In this document: one piece after another, positions 9,867-19,585 of the stretch
Numbering within the stretch: position 1 is the first letter of the stretch
Layout of the letters: each line of letters opens with the position of its first letter
NCBI GenBank assembly: GCA_007693395.1
Contig: REDS01000105.1
Span: forward strand, 12,619 to 76,618
DNA length: 64,000 bases
Direction: 5' to 3'
Origin: Balneolaceae bacterium
GTDB lineage: Bacteria; Bacteroidota; Rhodothermia; Balneolales; Balneolaceae
The notes under the pieces: generated by a model
What the model saw: the letters and a program-made list of their open reading frames with translations, nothing else
Databases searched by the model: none
What the model was told of the DNA's origin: nothing
Program-made: the position numbers and the translations under genes

Positions 9867-11161
9867 TGGAAATTGCCGGTGTTCTTGTTCTCATTATCAG
9901 TTTTGTATTTCTGCTTTTGATTGGTGTACCCATCGCTTTCTGCATCGGTATAGCTACACTGCTCACCATGCTTGTGAGTATTCCGTTCGATCCCGCCGTA
10001 ACAACGGTTGCCCAGCGAATGGCTACCGGCCTTGATAGTTTTACTCTCCTGGCGATTCCCTTTTTTATACTTGCCGGGCAGATTATGAATCAGGGAGGCA
10101 TTGCGCGCCGATTGATTGATTTCGCAAAATCCATTGTGGGGATGCTTCCCGGCGGACTTGCATACGTACATGTTGTGGCAGCCATGTTATTTGGATCTAT
10201 TTCCGGGTCGGCAGTGGCAACGGCGTCGGCAATTGGGGGTTTTATGGGGCCTCAAATGGAAGAGGAGGGATACGATAAAGATTTTACTGCAGCTCTGAAT
10301 ATTACATCCTCCACAACCGGATTGATCATCCCGCCCAGCAACATCCTCATTGTTTACTCACTGGCAAGTGGCGGTGCTTCCATCGCAGCCCTCTTTCTGG
10401 CTGGTTACATTCCCGGAATTTTAACCGGCTTGTTGCTGATGGCGGTTTCGGGGTATTTCGCGTTCAAACGAAAATATCCGGTTACCGGACGGGTATCACT
10501 GAAAGTTGCAGCCAGAAAGTTCTGGGAAGCCATCCCGAGCCTGTTCCTCATTATTCTTGTGATTGGCGGAATTGTAGCCGGTATTTTTACGGCAACGGAA
10601 GCATCGGCAATTGCAGTGGTGTATGCGCTCATCCTTGCAGTGGCATACAGAAGTATGAGTCCCGGCCAGTTGAAAAGTGTGCTGCTTTCCAGTGTTAATA
10701 CCACTGCAATTGTAGCGCTGCTCATTGCAACATCCATGGCGATGTCGTGGATCATGTCGTACGAAAACATCCCGGTTTTTGTAACCGAAAGCCTCATCGC
10801 CCTCAGCGACAATCCGTTTGTGATTTTGATCATCATCAACATTATCCTGCTGATGGTGGGTATATTTATGGATATGACACCTGCCGTTTTGATCTTCACA
10901 CCCATTTTCCTGCCGCTTGTAGTTGAAATGGGCATGGATCCGGTTCATTTTGGGATCATTATGGTGTTGAATTTGAGTGTTGGCCTCTGTACACCGCCGG
11001 TGGGAAGTGTTCTGTTCGTGGGATGCGGCATTGCCAATATCTCCATCACAAAAGTGATAAAACCACTAATACCGCTTTTCATTGCAATGGTACTTTCACT
11101 TCTCTTGGTAACCTACTTCGAAAGCTTGAGCCTCTTTCTGCCACGTCTTTTTGGATATTGA
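9863..11161 (+). CDS. dctM: TRAP transporter large permease (DctM family)
   Basis: 432 aa, polytopic. LLAIPFFILAGQIMNQGGIARRLIDFA is the conserved DctM N-terminal motif. It overlaps dctQ by 4 nt. Confidence 0.85.
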   Translation: MMEIAGVLVLIISFVFLLLIGVPIAFCIGIATLLTMLVSIPFDPAVTTVAQRMATGLDSFTLLAIPFFILAGQIMNQGGIARRLIDFAKSIVGMLPGGLAYVHVVAAMLFGSISGSAVATASAIGGFMGPQMEEEGYDKDFTAALNITSSTTGLIIPPSNILIVYSLASGGASIAALFLAGYIPGILTGLLLMAVSGYFAFKRKYPVTGRVSLKVAARKFWEAIPSLFLIILVIGGIVAGIFTATEASAIAVVYALILAVAYRSMSPGQLKSVLLSSVNTTAIVALLIATSMAMSWIMSYENIPVFVTESLIALSDNPFVILIIINIILLMVGIFMDMTPAVLIFTPIFLPLVVEMGMDPVHFGIIMVLNLSVGLCTPPVGSVLFVGCGIANISITKVIKPLIPLFIAMVLSLLLVTYFESLSLFLPRLFGY

Positions 11162-11195
11162 TTTTGTATGAATTTAGAATTTTGGAGTTTTGATC

Positions 11196-12683
11196 ATGAT
11201 TGATCTTTTTAAAAAAGCATATTCCTCAGCTGAGATTTATCAACAATCAGTGATTGAAAAAGAGGGTACACTATTCTTTATGATCCGGTATAAATCACAA
11301 CCATATTTGGTGATTGGATCAGAGGAGAAAAAATCGGATTACTTTTCGTTTCACGGTGAAAGGATTGATTTGGATGGTGGTATTTATCTGAAATGTGATT
11401 TATCGGCTCATAATGCTGGCTGTTTACGATCCCTTTTTCCCTTCACAAAACCGGTCCCGGCAGGAAAACGAAACTCTTATGGTTTGGGTGATCGCCTTGG
11501 AAATGCAGGAGCTGCTCATGTAAAAGCTATCCGTGAGACGGAATTTTTTCCTGTATTGGCTCAGCAATCAATACGGGAGCTGGAACGGACAGGCAGAACA
11601 GCAGAAGAGGTACTTGATGCGGCAAGCTGGGCGGTATTCAGGGAGGGATATAAGGATGGATTTGGTGCTGATGGCGATCATCTGAAAACAACGGAAGATA
11701 TCGACCTGATGATGAATGCAGGGTTTACCATGTTCACCATCGACCCGAGCGATTATGTTGTGAATGAAGCGATTAACATGAGCCACAAAGAGCTGATGCA
11801 TCATTTCGAAAATTTGCCATGGAATATGCTGGATGATCAACCGGAAAAATTTCTCGAAAGAGTTGGAAGGGTTGATGTTTTACTTCATGATGGTTACAAA
11901 CTGTCTCCATCAATGAATGAGATTCTTACCGGAATGGTGAAGTATGGCCGGGTGATCACCCACACAAAAATGCTGGCAGACTATATCAAACAAACATGGC
12001 CTGATTATCCGGCGGAACTGGAGCTTTCTGTGGATGAAACTGATCAGCCCACAACACTCACAGAGCATTATCTGATTGCTTCCGAATTAGCCAGGCTGGG
12101 AGTGGATTTAGTTAGTCTCGCTCCAAGATTTTGTGGGGATTTTGAAAAAGGTGTCGATTTTCGGGGTGATTTAGATCAGTTTAGGGACGAATATCTGCAG
12201 CATTTGGCTATAGCCGGTATGTTTGGCGGATATAAACTGAGTATCCACTCCGGGAGTGATAAATTCTCGGTGTACGAAGTAATCGGGTCAATTAATGCCG
12301 GGGTCGTTCATGTGAAGACTGCAGGAACAAGTTATCTTGAGGCTCTCAGAACCGTGGCTGAGGTGAATCCTGAGCTCTTTTTTCAAATCCTGGAATTTTC
12401 GAAAAAGAGATTCAACGAAGATAAAAAAACCTATCACATATCCGGACTCCCGGAAAATATCCCCGATTTGAGCTCAATGAAAGGCGATGATCTGAAAAAC
12501 CTGCTCGATCAGGATGGCGCAAGGCAGGTGCTTCATGTGGCTTACGGCTCTGTTTTACATGGGCAGGGTGAAATTTCCAAAAAGTTCAAAAAAGAGATCA
12601 TGAATGCTCTTGAGTTGCATCAGGATCTCTATGAAAGCAATTTGGTAAAACACTTTAGAAGGCATTTAAGGCCGTTTGGGTAG
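11196..12683 (+). CDS. uxaE: Tagaturonate/fructuronate epimerase
   Basis: GLGDRLGNAGAAHVKA, FPVLAQQSIRELERTGRT, GFGADGDHLKT, FTMFTIDPSDYV, SVDETDQPTT, KLSIHSGSDKFSVY and VHVKTAGTSYLEA align closely with the Thermotoga UxaE sequence as I remember it. The ORF track starts at TTG 11190; the first ATG is at 11196. Confidence 0.8.
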   Translation: MIDLFKKAYSSAEIYQQSVIEKEGTLFFMIRYKSQPYLVIGSEEKKSDYFSFHGERIDLDGGIYLKCDLSAHNAGCLRSLFPFTKPVPAGKRNSYGLGDRLGNAGAAHVKAIRETEFFPVLAQQSIRELERTGRTAEEVLDAASWAVFREGYKDGFGADGDHLKTTEDIDLMMNAGFTMFTIDPSDYVVNEAINMSHKELMHHFENLPWNMLDDQPEKFLERVGRVDVLLHDGYKLSPSMNEILTGMVKYGRVITHTKMLADYIKQTWPDYPAELELSVDETDQPTTLTEHYLIASELARLGVDLVSLAPRFCGDFEKGVDFRGDLDQFRDEYLQHLAIAGMFGGYKLSIHSGSDKFSVYEVIGSINAGVVHVKTAGTSYLEALRTVAEVNPELFFQILEFSKKRFNEDKKTYHISGLPENIPDLSSMKGDDLKNLLDQDGARQVLHVAYGSVLHGQGEISKKFKKEIMNALELHQDLYESNLVKHFRRHLRPFG

Positions 12684-12819
12684 TTTCAATCTTTCTTTAG
12701 AGTTCTTAAAAAGATATACTGCTTAAGATTGGTGGTTATCAATCTAATGGGAAATAGTGGGAAATAGGAAGTAAAGTTTAGATAGTTCAAACAGTATTGA
12801 TTCAAAATGGAATGATGTA

Positions 12820-13599
12820 ATGGTGCATGAAGATATTTTTTCCCTAAAAGGTAAAACAGCAGCGGTAATTGGAGGAAGCGGTGTTCTTGGTGGTGCTATG
12901 GTGCAGGCATTGGCGAAAGCCGGGGCGAAGACGGCTGTTTTTTATAGCGGAAATCCTGAAGGAGCCGAAAGCCAAAAAGCTGAAGTTGAAAAAAATGGCG
13001 GGCAGGCAATCATCTGTAAAGCGGATGTAAGGAGTGAAGAATCTTTAAAAAAAGCATTTCAGAATATAGAGCAAACCTGGGGCCGGCTCGATATCCTGGT
13101 GAATGCTCCCGGAGTAAATTCCACAACCCCGGTGATGGAAATTTCAGAAGAGGAGTGGGATCGTATTATGGATATCAATCTGAAAGGTGTGTTTTTTGCA
13201 AGCCGTATTGCTGCTGATATTATGATGCGCAACAATACCCATGGCAGCATCATCAATATTTCTTCGGCTTCATCAGAGATACCTCTCTCAAAAGTTTTCA
13301 CCTACAGCATCTCAAAGGCCGGCATGAATAATATGACGAAATTTCTTGCCCGCGAATGGGCTGATAAAAATATTAGGGTAAACGCACTTTTACCCGGTTT
13401 TTTTCCGGCCGAGCAGAACCGAAAAATTCTCACCAAAGAGCGAACGGAAGCCATTTTCAATCACACCCCGATGAATCGGTTTGGAGAACCGGGCGAACTG
13501 GCCGGCGCTTTGATCTGGCTCGCATCAGAAAAAGCCTCCTCGTTTGTAACCGGCGCGATTATTTCGGTTGATGGCGGTTTCACATCAATGACCATTTAA
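12820..13599 (+). CDS. SDR-family oxidoreductase; by context a candidate fructuronate (mannonate-forming) reductase
   Basis: 259 aa. It has the Rossmann motif VIGGSGVLGGAM, NISS, the catalytic YSISKAG (YxxxK) and PGFFP. The functional guess comes only from its position between uxaE and eda-kdgK-uxaC. Confidence 0.75.
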   Translation: MVHEDIFSLKGKTAAVIGGSGVLGGAMVQALAKAGAKTAVFYSGNPEGAESQKAEVEKNGGQAIICKADVRSEESLKKAFQNIEQTWGRLDILVNAPGVNSTTPVMEISEEEWDRIMDINLKGVFFASRIAADIMMRNNTHGSIINISSASSEIPLSKVFTYSISKAGMNNMTKFLAREWADKNIRVNALLPGFFPAEQNRKILTKERTEAIFNHTPMNRFGEPGELAGALIWLASEKASSFVTGAIISVDGGFTSMTI

Positions 13600-13613
13600 A
13601 ACTGTCTGGAGAT

Positions 13614-14267
13614 ATGAACAGAACTGAATCTATCCGGTTTATTTTGCATCACAAAGCCGTTGCTGTATTGCGTTTTGATGATCCGGATTGCTTTAAGCCT
13701 CTTATTGAGGCGCTTTACAAGGGTGGGATCAGGGTTGCTGAAATTACGATGACAGTACCCGGAGCGATCGGTTTGCTGGAAGAAAGTGCATCTTTTCTGC
13801 CGGATGATATGCTTTTAGGTGTTGGTTCAGTGATTGACAAAGAAACTGCTGAACGCGCCATCACTGCCGGGGCAGAGTTTGTAGTTAGCCCGATTGTGAA
13901 AGAAGAAGTGATACGGGCATCAAGAAACCGGGATAAAGTTGTAATGGCCGGCGCATTTACCCCTACGGAAATTCAACATGCATGGGAGCTGGGCTCAGAT
14001 ATCGTAAAAGTTTTTCCGGCAAACATTCTGGGGTTGGATTTCTTCAAAGCCGTTAAGGCACCACTTCCACACTTGCAACTTATGCCAACAGGAGGTGTGT
14101 CGCTGACCAATGGCAGAGATTGGCTCAAAGCCGGAGCTTGTGCCGTTGGAATTGGAAGCGCACTGGTTTCATCGGAAGATCTGCGAAACAAAAACTATAC
14201 TTCAGTTCAGAAGAAAGCTGCTATTTTGGTTCATAACCTTAAAAACCGGGAAGATCATCATGAGTAA
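13614..14267 (+). CDS. eda: 2-dehydro-3-deoxy-phosphogluconate (KDPG)/KHG aldolase
   Basis: 217 aa. Diagnostic strings are VAVLRFDD, GIRVAEITMTVPGA, GAEFVVSP, VKVFPA (Schiff-base Lys region) and LMPTGGVS. Confidence 0.85.
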   Translation: MNRTESIRFILHHKAVAVLRFDDPDCFKPLIEALYKGGIRVAEITMTVPGAIGLLEESASFLPDDMLLGVGSVIDKETAERAITAGAEFVVSPIVKEEVIRASRNRDKVVMAGAFTPTEIQHAWELGSDIVKVFPANILGLDFFKAVKAPLPHLQLMPTGGVSLTNGRDWLKAGACAVGIGSALVSSEDLRNKNYTSVQKKAAILVHNLKNREDHHE

Positions 14268-15294
14268 ACAAATTGTGACATTTGGTGAGATAATGCTCCG
14301 TCTATCAACTCCGGGATATAAGCGGTTTACTCAGACGGATACGTTCGACGCTACATTTGGCGGAGGCGAAGCAAATGTAGCTGTATCACTCTCTCAGTTT
14401 GGCATGAACAGTACATTTGTAAGTAGCATACCACCTCACGAAATTGGCGAGGCTGCTGTACAATCGTTGCGAAAATATGGTGTGAACACAGATTTTATCC
14501 ATCGGGAAGGAGAAAGGCTGGGCATCTATTTTCTTGAAACAGGTGCGAGTCAGCGGCCATCAAAAGTGATCTATGATCGTGCAAACTCAGCAATCAGCCG
14601 GTTAGATCCATCTTCGGTTAACTGGGATAAAATCTTTGAAGGGAAGGATTGGTTTCATTGGACGGGTATTACTCCTGCACTGGGTAAAAACCTCACTATT
14701 GCCCTGAAAGAGGCGTGCATTGCAGCAAAAAAGGCCGGAGTACAAATTAGTTGTGATCTCAATTTCAGGGCAAAACTGTGGACGGAAAAAGAGGCGCAGG
14801 CTGTAATGAACCCGCTTATGGAGTATGTGGATGTCTGCATTGCCAATGAAGAGGATGCCCAGCGCAGCCTCGGGTTTGATGCCGGTTCTACAGATGTTGA
14901 GGGAGCTCATCTCGATGAAGAGGGATACATCACCCTGGCTAAATCCCTCAAAAAGAGGTACGGATTTGATACAGTTGCAATAACTCTACGTGAAAGTTTT
15001 TCTGCCAGCATGAATGGCTGGAGTGCGCTGCTGCATGATGATGGGCATTGTGAGACACCATACCGGTCCGATCGATATGAAATTAAAATAGTGGATCGTG
15101 TTGGCGGGGGAGATTCTTTTGCAGCCGGATTGATTTATGGCCTTCTAACTAAAGAGAATTCTAAAGAAGCTCTCGATTTTGCAGTTGCAGCTTCATGTTT
15201 GAAGCAGACCATTCCCGGTGATTTCAATCTTGTAACCGTGGACGAAGTGGAAAAACTGCTGAAAAGCGGCGGTTCAGGGCGCGTGGAGCGTTAA
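14260..15294 (+). CDS. kdgK: 2-dehydro-3-deoxygluconokinase (PfkB-family sugar kinase)
   Basis: ORF 14110..15294. The realistic start is MSKQIVTFGEIMLRLS at 14260, overlapping the eda stop by 8 nt. It has GGGEANVAVSL and the PfkB C-terminal signature DRVGGGDSFAAGL. Confidence 0.8.
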   Translation: MSKQIVTFGEIMLRLSTPGYKRFTQTDTFDATFGGGEANVAVSLSQFGMNSTFVSSIPPHEIGEAAVQSLRKYGVNTDFIHREGERLGIYFLETGASQRPSKVIYDRANSAISRLDPSSVNWDKIFEGKDWFHWTGITPALGKNLTIALKEACIAAKKAGVQISCDLNFRAKLWTEKEAQAVMNPLMEYVDVCIANEEDAQRSLGFDAGSTDVEGAHLDEEGYITLAKSLKKRYGFDTVAITLRESFSASMNGWSALLHDDGHCETPYRSDRYEIKIVDRVGGGDSFAAGLIYGLLTKENSKEALDFAVAASCLKQTIPGDFNLVTVDEVEKLLKSGGSGRVER

Positions 15295-15299
15295 AATTT

Positions 15300-16736
15300 A
15301 TGACAAGTTCAGGTAGTGTTATGACAAACAGATTTATACATGATGACTTTTTACTTCAGAACGAAACAGCTGTAAAGCTCTATCATGATGTTGCCGCGCC
15401 CTTGCCGATCATCGATTATCATAATCACCTGCCCCCGAATCAAATACTGGCAAACAAAAACTTCAAAAATATCACGCAAATCTGGCTGGCCGGTGATCAT
15501 TACAAATGGCGTGCCATGCGCACCTGTGGTGTTGATGAGAAGTTTATTACCGGTGATGCAACCGACAAAGAGAAGTTTCTCGCATGGGCAGCGGTGGTCC
15601 CAAAAACAGTAAAAAATCCCCTCTATCACTGGACCCACATGGAGCTGAAAAATCCATTAGGGATTACCGACAGATTACTGAATGGTGAAACAGCAGAAAA
15701 AATATGGGATGAGTGCAATGAAATGCTTCAAAGTCCTGAATTTTCAGTCAGAAGTTTGCTGAAACGGAACCGTGTTCAGGTTGTGGCAACAACCGACGAT
15801 CCTGTCAATTCGCTCACTGAACATTCAAAATTTCAGCAAGAAGAGCAGGCAGATTTTTTGATGATTCCAACATTCAGGCCGGATACTGGAATGAACATTG
15901 AAGACCGTGGTAACTTCAGAAAATGGACTCGTTTTCTTTCAGTTCTGTCAGGGAAAGATATCACCACATTCAAGGTTTTGATAGAAGCTTTGAAAGTTCG
16001 GCATGACTACTTTCATCAATTGGGTTGCAGAGCTTCAGATCATGGAATTGAAAAACCCTATTCAGATCCATTTACAGATGAGCAGCTGGAAGAGATATTC
16101 AGCAAAATTATGACGGGAAAAGACCTGACAATAGAAGATATCCGAAGCTATAAATCTGCATTTCTCTATTATTGCGGGCTGATGGATCACGAAAAAGGGT
16201 GGGTATTTCAGCTGCATATCGGGGCAATCAGAAACAACAGTTCCAGGATGATGAAAAAGCTGGGCCCTGATTCCGGGTTCGATTCGATGGGCGATGCGGA
16301 GATTGCACGGCCACTGGCGAGACTCTTGAACAGGCTCGATTCAGAAAATAATCTCCCAAAAACGATACTCTACAACATCAACCCGAGAGATAATGAGCTA
16401 ATGGCTACCATGGCTGGAAATTTTCAGGATGGTTCCGTCCCCGGAAAAATTCAACACGGACCGCCGTGGTGGTTTTTGGATCAAAAAGATGGAATTGAAA
16501 AACAGATAGAGTCACTTTCAAATATGGGTATTTTGAGTGAGTTTATCGGTATGACAACGGATTCAAGAAGTTTCCTCTCATTTTCCAGGCACGACTATTT
16601 TCGCCGGATCCTGTGCAATATTATTGGTCAGGATGTAGAAACCGGATTGATTCCGGATGACGAAAACCTTCTGCATACTTTAATCAGAAAAATCTGTTAT
16701 CAAAATGTGAAAAACTATTTTAACTATGGTGAGTGA
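15300..16736 (+). CDS. uxaC: Glucuronate (uronate) isomerase
   Basis: The protein is collinear with E. coli UxaC: DDFLLQNETAVKLYH, IIDYHNHLPP, GDHYKWRAMR, NPLYHWTHMELK, TILYNINPRDNE, GPPWWFLDQKDG and TDSRSFLSFSRHDYFRRILC. An alternative start is MTNRF at 15321. Confidence 0.92.
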   Translation: MTSSGSVMTNRFIHDDFLLQNETAVKLYHDVAAPLPIIDYHNHLPPNQILANKNFKNITQIWLAGDHYKWRAMRTCGVDEKFITGDATDKEKFLAWAAVVPKTVKNPLYHWTHMELKNPLGITDRLLNGETAEKIWDECNEMLQSPEFSVRSLLKRNRVQVVATTDDPVNSLTEHSKFQQEEQADFLMIPTFRPDTGMNIEDRGNFRKWTRFLSVLSGKDITTFKVLIEALKVRHDYFHQLGCRASDHGIEKPYSDPFTDEQLEEIFSKIMTGKDLTIEDIRSYKSAFLYYCGLMDHEKGWVFQLHIGAIRNNSSRMMKKLGPDSGFDSMGDAEIARPLARLLNRLDSENNLPKTILYNINPRDNELMATMAGNFQDGSVPGKIQHGPPWWFLDQKDGIEKQIESLSNMGILSEFIGMTTDSRSFLSFSRHDYFRRILCNIIGQDVETGLIPDDENLLHTLIRKICYQNVKNYFNYGE

Positions 16737-16738
16737 CT

Positions 16739-17959
16739 ATGAAAAAATCTGCCCATAAAAGTTTGATAATACTATTTATAGTATTGCTGTTTCCACTCAC
16801 ATCAATCGCTCAAACATTTTCAATTGAGGTAACAGCGGGAGCGTTGGATCGGGTTCATTCCGTTGTGTCGTTTTACCTGCCTGATGACTTTGAACAAGGC
16901 AACTACTTGCTGATAGGAGATGACGGAACAGAATCCGTTCTACAAATCGATCAGCAGAATCGTGGTTGGTTTATTCTTGATGAGCTTTCAGCAGGGGGCT
17001 CAAAACAGTTCATATTCTCAAAAGAATTTCTCGTTTCGGATCAATCGGCACTTGCTGTCAACTACCTGATGGATGAGAATACCATCACCATAAATTCCGG
17101 TGATGAGAGCGTATTGAGTTATTTTCATGGTGAAAACAATCCGCCCGAAGAGCTCGATGAACGATATCGCAGAGGCGGTTATATCCATCCGGTCTATTCA
17201 CCATCCGGTGTAATTCTTACAAATCACCTTAATGCAGATCTTCATCCACACCATTCGGGAATCTGGTCAGCTTGGACAAATACAGAGTTCGATGGCCGTA
17301 CACCTGACTTCTGGAATATTCATCAAAACACAGGCCGGGTTGATGTGGTAGAAGAATCATTAAACCGTGAGAACGGTGCTGTTTTTGCAGGATTCTCATC
17401 AAAACACAGATTTTTGGATCTTTCAGCGCCCGATGGCCCGGTTACCGCTTTGAATGAATCGTGGATAGTTCGGGTATATCAATCGGGTGCAGGGTATCAC
17501 TTTTTTGATCTGGAAGTAACCCAAACCGTTAATTCAGACAAACCACTTCATTTGCCTGAATACCGATATGGTGGTGTTGGTTTTCGGGGCCATGCAGATT
17601 GGGATGATCCTGATAATGCTGGTTTTTTAACAGCCGAAGGTTTGGGACGTGATGGCCACGGAACCCGCACCAGGTGGACCCATATTGGCGGCCACAGTGA
17701 GGGTGAACTCGCCGGAATTGCCATTTTAGGGCATCCATCAAATTTCCGATATCCTCAAACGGTGAGAATTCATCCCGACGAACCCTTTTTCAATTTTGCA
17801 CCACAGCAGATGGGTGCAATGGACATTCAGCCCGGAACTCCTTACCAAGCGCGCTACCGCTATATCACCTATGATGGCGAACCTGATACCGAACTTCTGA
17901 ACCGGCTTTGGAGTGATTATGCCTGGCCGCCCGGAGTAACTGTTACAGAAATGGATTAA
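16739..17959 (+). CDS. Secreted DUF6807 (PmoA-like) family protein
   Basis: Signal peptide MKKSAHKSLIILFIVLLFPLTSIAQ. GGYIHPVYSPSGVILTN..LHPHHSGIWSAWTN...PDFWN matches the DUF6807 core as I recall it. The ATG lies 2 nt after the uxaC stop. Confidence 0.6.
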   Translation: MKKSAHKSLIILFIVLLFPLTSIAQTFSIEVTAGALDRVHSVVSFYLPDDFEQGNYLLIGDDGTESVLQIDQQNRGWFILDELSAGGSKQFIFSKEFLVSDQSALAVNYLMDENTITINSGDESVLSYFHGENNPPEELDERYRRGGYIHPVYSPSGVILTNHLNADLHPHHSGIWSAWTNTEFDGRTPDFWNIHQNTGRVDVVEESLNRENGAVFAGFSSKHRFLDLSAPDGPVTALNESWIVRVYQSGAGYHFFDLEVTQTVNSDKPLHLPEYRYGGVGFRGHADWDDPDNAGFLTAEGLGRDGHGTRTRWTHIGGHSEGELAGIAILGHPSNFRYPQTVRIHPDEPFFNFAPQQMGAMDIQPGTPYQARYRYITYDGEPDTELLNRLWSDYAWPPGVTVTEMD

Positions 17960-18037
17960 TGTGATGATTACCGATAATTTGTTCCGTTATGATTCGATTT
18001 ATCACACCATGTAAAGGAGATTGATGAGTATTCGGAT

Positions 18038-18928
18038 ATGCTTAAAGAGATAAAAGATTTTCTGCTCCATTTAAGGCTGCACTATCAGTTCTTTATCCTG
18101 TCAGGCGGGTACCTGCTTGGTGGTTTGATTGCGGATGAGATGAACACCACTCAATTCTGGCTTCAATTTCTAAATGTGCATATTCTGCTTTTTGGCGGAG
18201 CTACAGCGTATAACTCATATTGGGACAAAGATGAAGGCCCCATCGGTGGGCTGAAGCATCCGCCAAAAATGACTGCCTGGATGCATAAAGTTTCACTGCT
18301 CTTCATGTTTGCGGGGTGGGCTTGGGCCATTACTGTGAACATTGCATACTTTTTGGTTTTTGGCATAAGTGTGGCGCTTTTCTGGCTCTATTCAACACCT
18401 CATGCACGCTGGAAGGGACGTCCGCTGGCAAGTATGGTTGCAATTGCATTGAGTACGGGCACAAACTCGGTTCTTCTTGGATTTTGGGCCGCAGGAGGGA
18501 TGTTTACACCCGCTTTATTTGCAGCTTCAGCCGGTGCCGCACTAATATTGCTGAGCCTCTATCCAATTTCACAGGTATATCAGATTGAAGAAGACAGCAA
18601 GCGTGGTGATAAGACCTTTACAATGAGATTTGGGCTCAATGGTGTGAAACTATTTTTTCGTTTCAGCTACCTGTCCGGATTGATTTTGCTGACATTGGGG
18701 TTTTACGCAATATACACTGCTCCTGCAATAGTACTCTTCATAACTGCTTTACTATCATTCTTTATATTAAATGCTTTTGTGAAAAGACTGGAAGGTGTTA
18801 TCCGGGAGTACCCCATTGTAATGAAGATCAAATTTGCAGCTTCACTTGCATTTGTACTTTTTTTAATCGCATCAAATGCCATTCGGTATGAATGGATTGG
18901 GGATACGTTTTTTAGAACATATTTTTAA
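18038..18928 (+). CDS. UbiA-family prenyltransferase (integral membrane)
   Basis: 296 aa with about 8-9 hydrophobic segments. It carries an Asp-rich motif, YNSYWDKDEGPIG (NxxxDxxxD-like), and a second motif region, QIEEDSKRGDKT. Confidence 0.65.
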   Translation: MLKEIKDFLLHLRLHYQFFILSGGYLLGGLIADEMNTTQFWLQFLNVHILLFGGATAYNSYWDKDEGPIGGLKHPPKMTAWMHKVSLLFMFAGWAWAITVNIAYFLVFGISVALFWLYSTPHARWKGRPLASMVAIALSTGTNSVLLGFWAAGGMFTPALFAASAGAALILLSLYPISQVYQIEEDSKRGDKTFTMRFGLNGVKLFFRFSYLSGLILLTLGFYAIYTAPAIVLFITALLSFFILNAFVKRLEGVIREYPIVMKIKFAASLAFVLFLIASNAIRYEWIGDTFFRTYF

Positions 18929-18943
18929 AAGCTTAAACAGATT

Positions 18944-19570
18944 ATGACAGAAGTAAAAACAAGATGTATCACTCGTGATATAATTGAAAATGCCTATACC
19001 TACAATGAGTACAGAGAGTTAATTGACGACCTGCTTAAAACAGGTAAGACAACGGGAGAAAATCATTCCGAATCGATGCTGCACTATACAAAAATGAATG
19101 TGCATCGGATGAACCGTATTGACAAGAGAACGGAGCTATCCGAAGAACTTTTGGAATCATTGCAAAACCTGGACAGGCCGATGGTCTGGCTGGTTATTAC
19201 GGAAGCCTGGTGCGGTGATGCAGCTCAATCTCTGCCTGTTATTCAGAAAATGGCTGAACAAACCAAGAAAATTCAGATAAGGTATATTCTCAGGGATGAA
19301 CATCTGGAAATTATGGATCAGTTTTTGACGAATGGCAAGAGCCGGTCGATACCTAAATTGGTAGCACTTGATGCGCGAACACTGGATATTTTAGGAACCT
19401 GGGGCCCGCGCCCAAATGATGGCCAACTGTTTTTTGATGAGTTAAGATCAAACGATGAACTATCGTACCGGGAAGTAGCGGAGCGATTGCATAAGTGGTA
19501 CGCTGATGATCGCACAAAATCCATTCAGAGTGAATTTGTACCACTTCTGAACCACTGGGAAAACAGCTGA
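18944..19570 (+). CDS. Thioredoxin-fold family protein (single-Cys WCGD motif)
   Basis: 208 aa. VWLVITEAWCGDAAQSLPVIQKM sits where a thioredoxin-like active site would be, but it reads WCGDA rather than CxxC. Confidence 0.5.
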   Translation: MTEVKTRCITRDIIENAYTYNEYRELIDDLLKTGKTTGENHSESMLHYTKMNVHRMNRIDKRTELSEELLESLQNLDRPMVWLVITEAWCGDAAQSLPVIQKMAEQTKKIQIRYILRDEHLEIMDQFLTNGKSRSIPKLVALDARTLDILGTWGPRPNDGQLFFDELRSNDELSYREVAERLHKWYADDRTKSIQSEFVPLLNHWENS

Positions 19571-19585
19571 AAATCATTAACTCCA

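Noticed and set aside
10405-10948. Two long minus-strand ORFs (176 and 150 aa) overlapping dctM
   Set aside because: They are antisense to a well-supported TRAP DctM permease. Their translations are compositionally odd (His/Cys/Arg-rich) with no membrane or domain signature.
12748-12767. Exact tandem duplication TGGGAAATAG-TGGGAAATAG in the spacer before the SDR gene
   Set aside because: There are only two copies of a 10-mer, and no related copy occurs elsewhere in the window. It is most simply a slippage duplication, and I cannot tie it to a regulator.
14110-14259. 50-codon N-terminal extension of kdgK overlapping the end of eda
   Set aside because: The conserved PfkB N-terminus begins at MSKQIVTFGEIMLRL (14260). 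The extension reads through the eda coding sequence in another frame and is an ORF-caller artefact. The same reasoning applies to the extensions at 1017..1085, 6876..6956, 23664..23705, 45988..46089 and 51357..51395.
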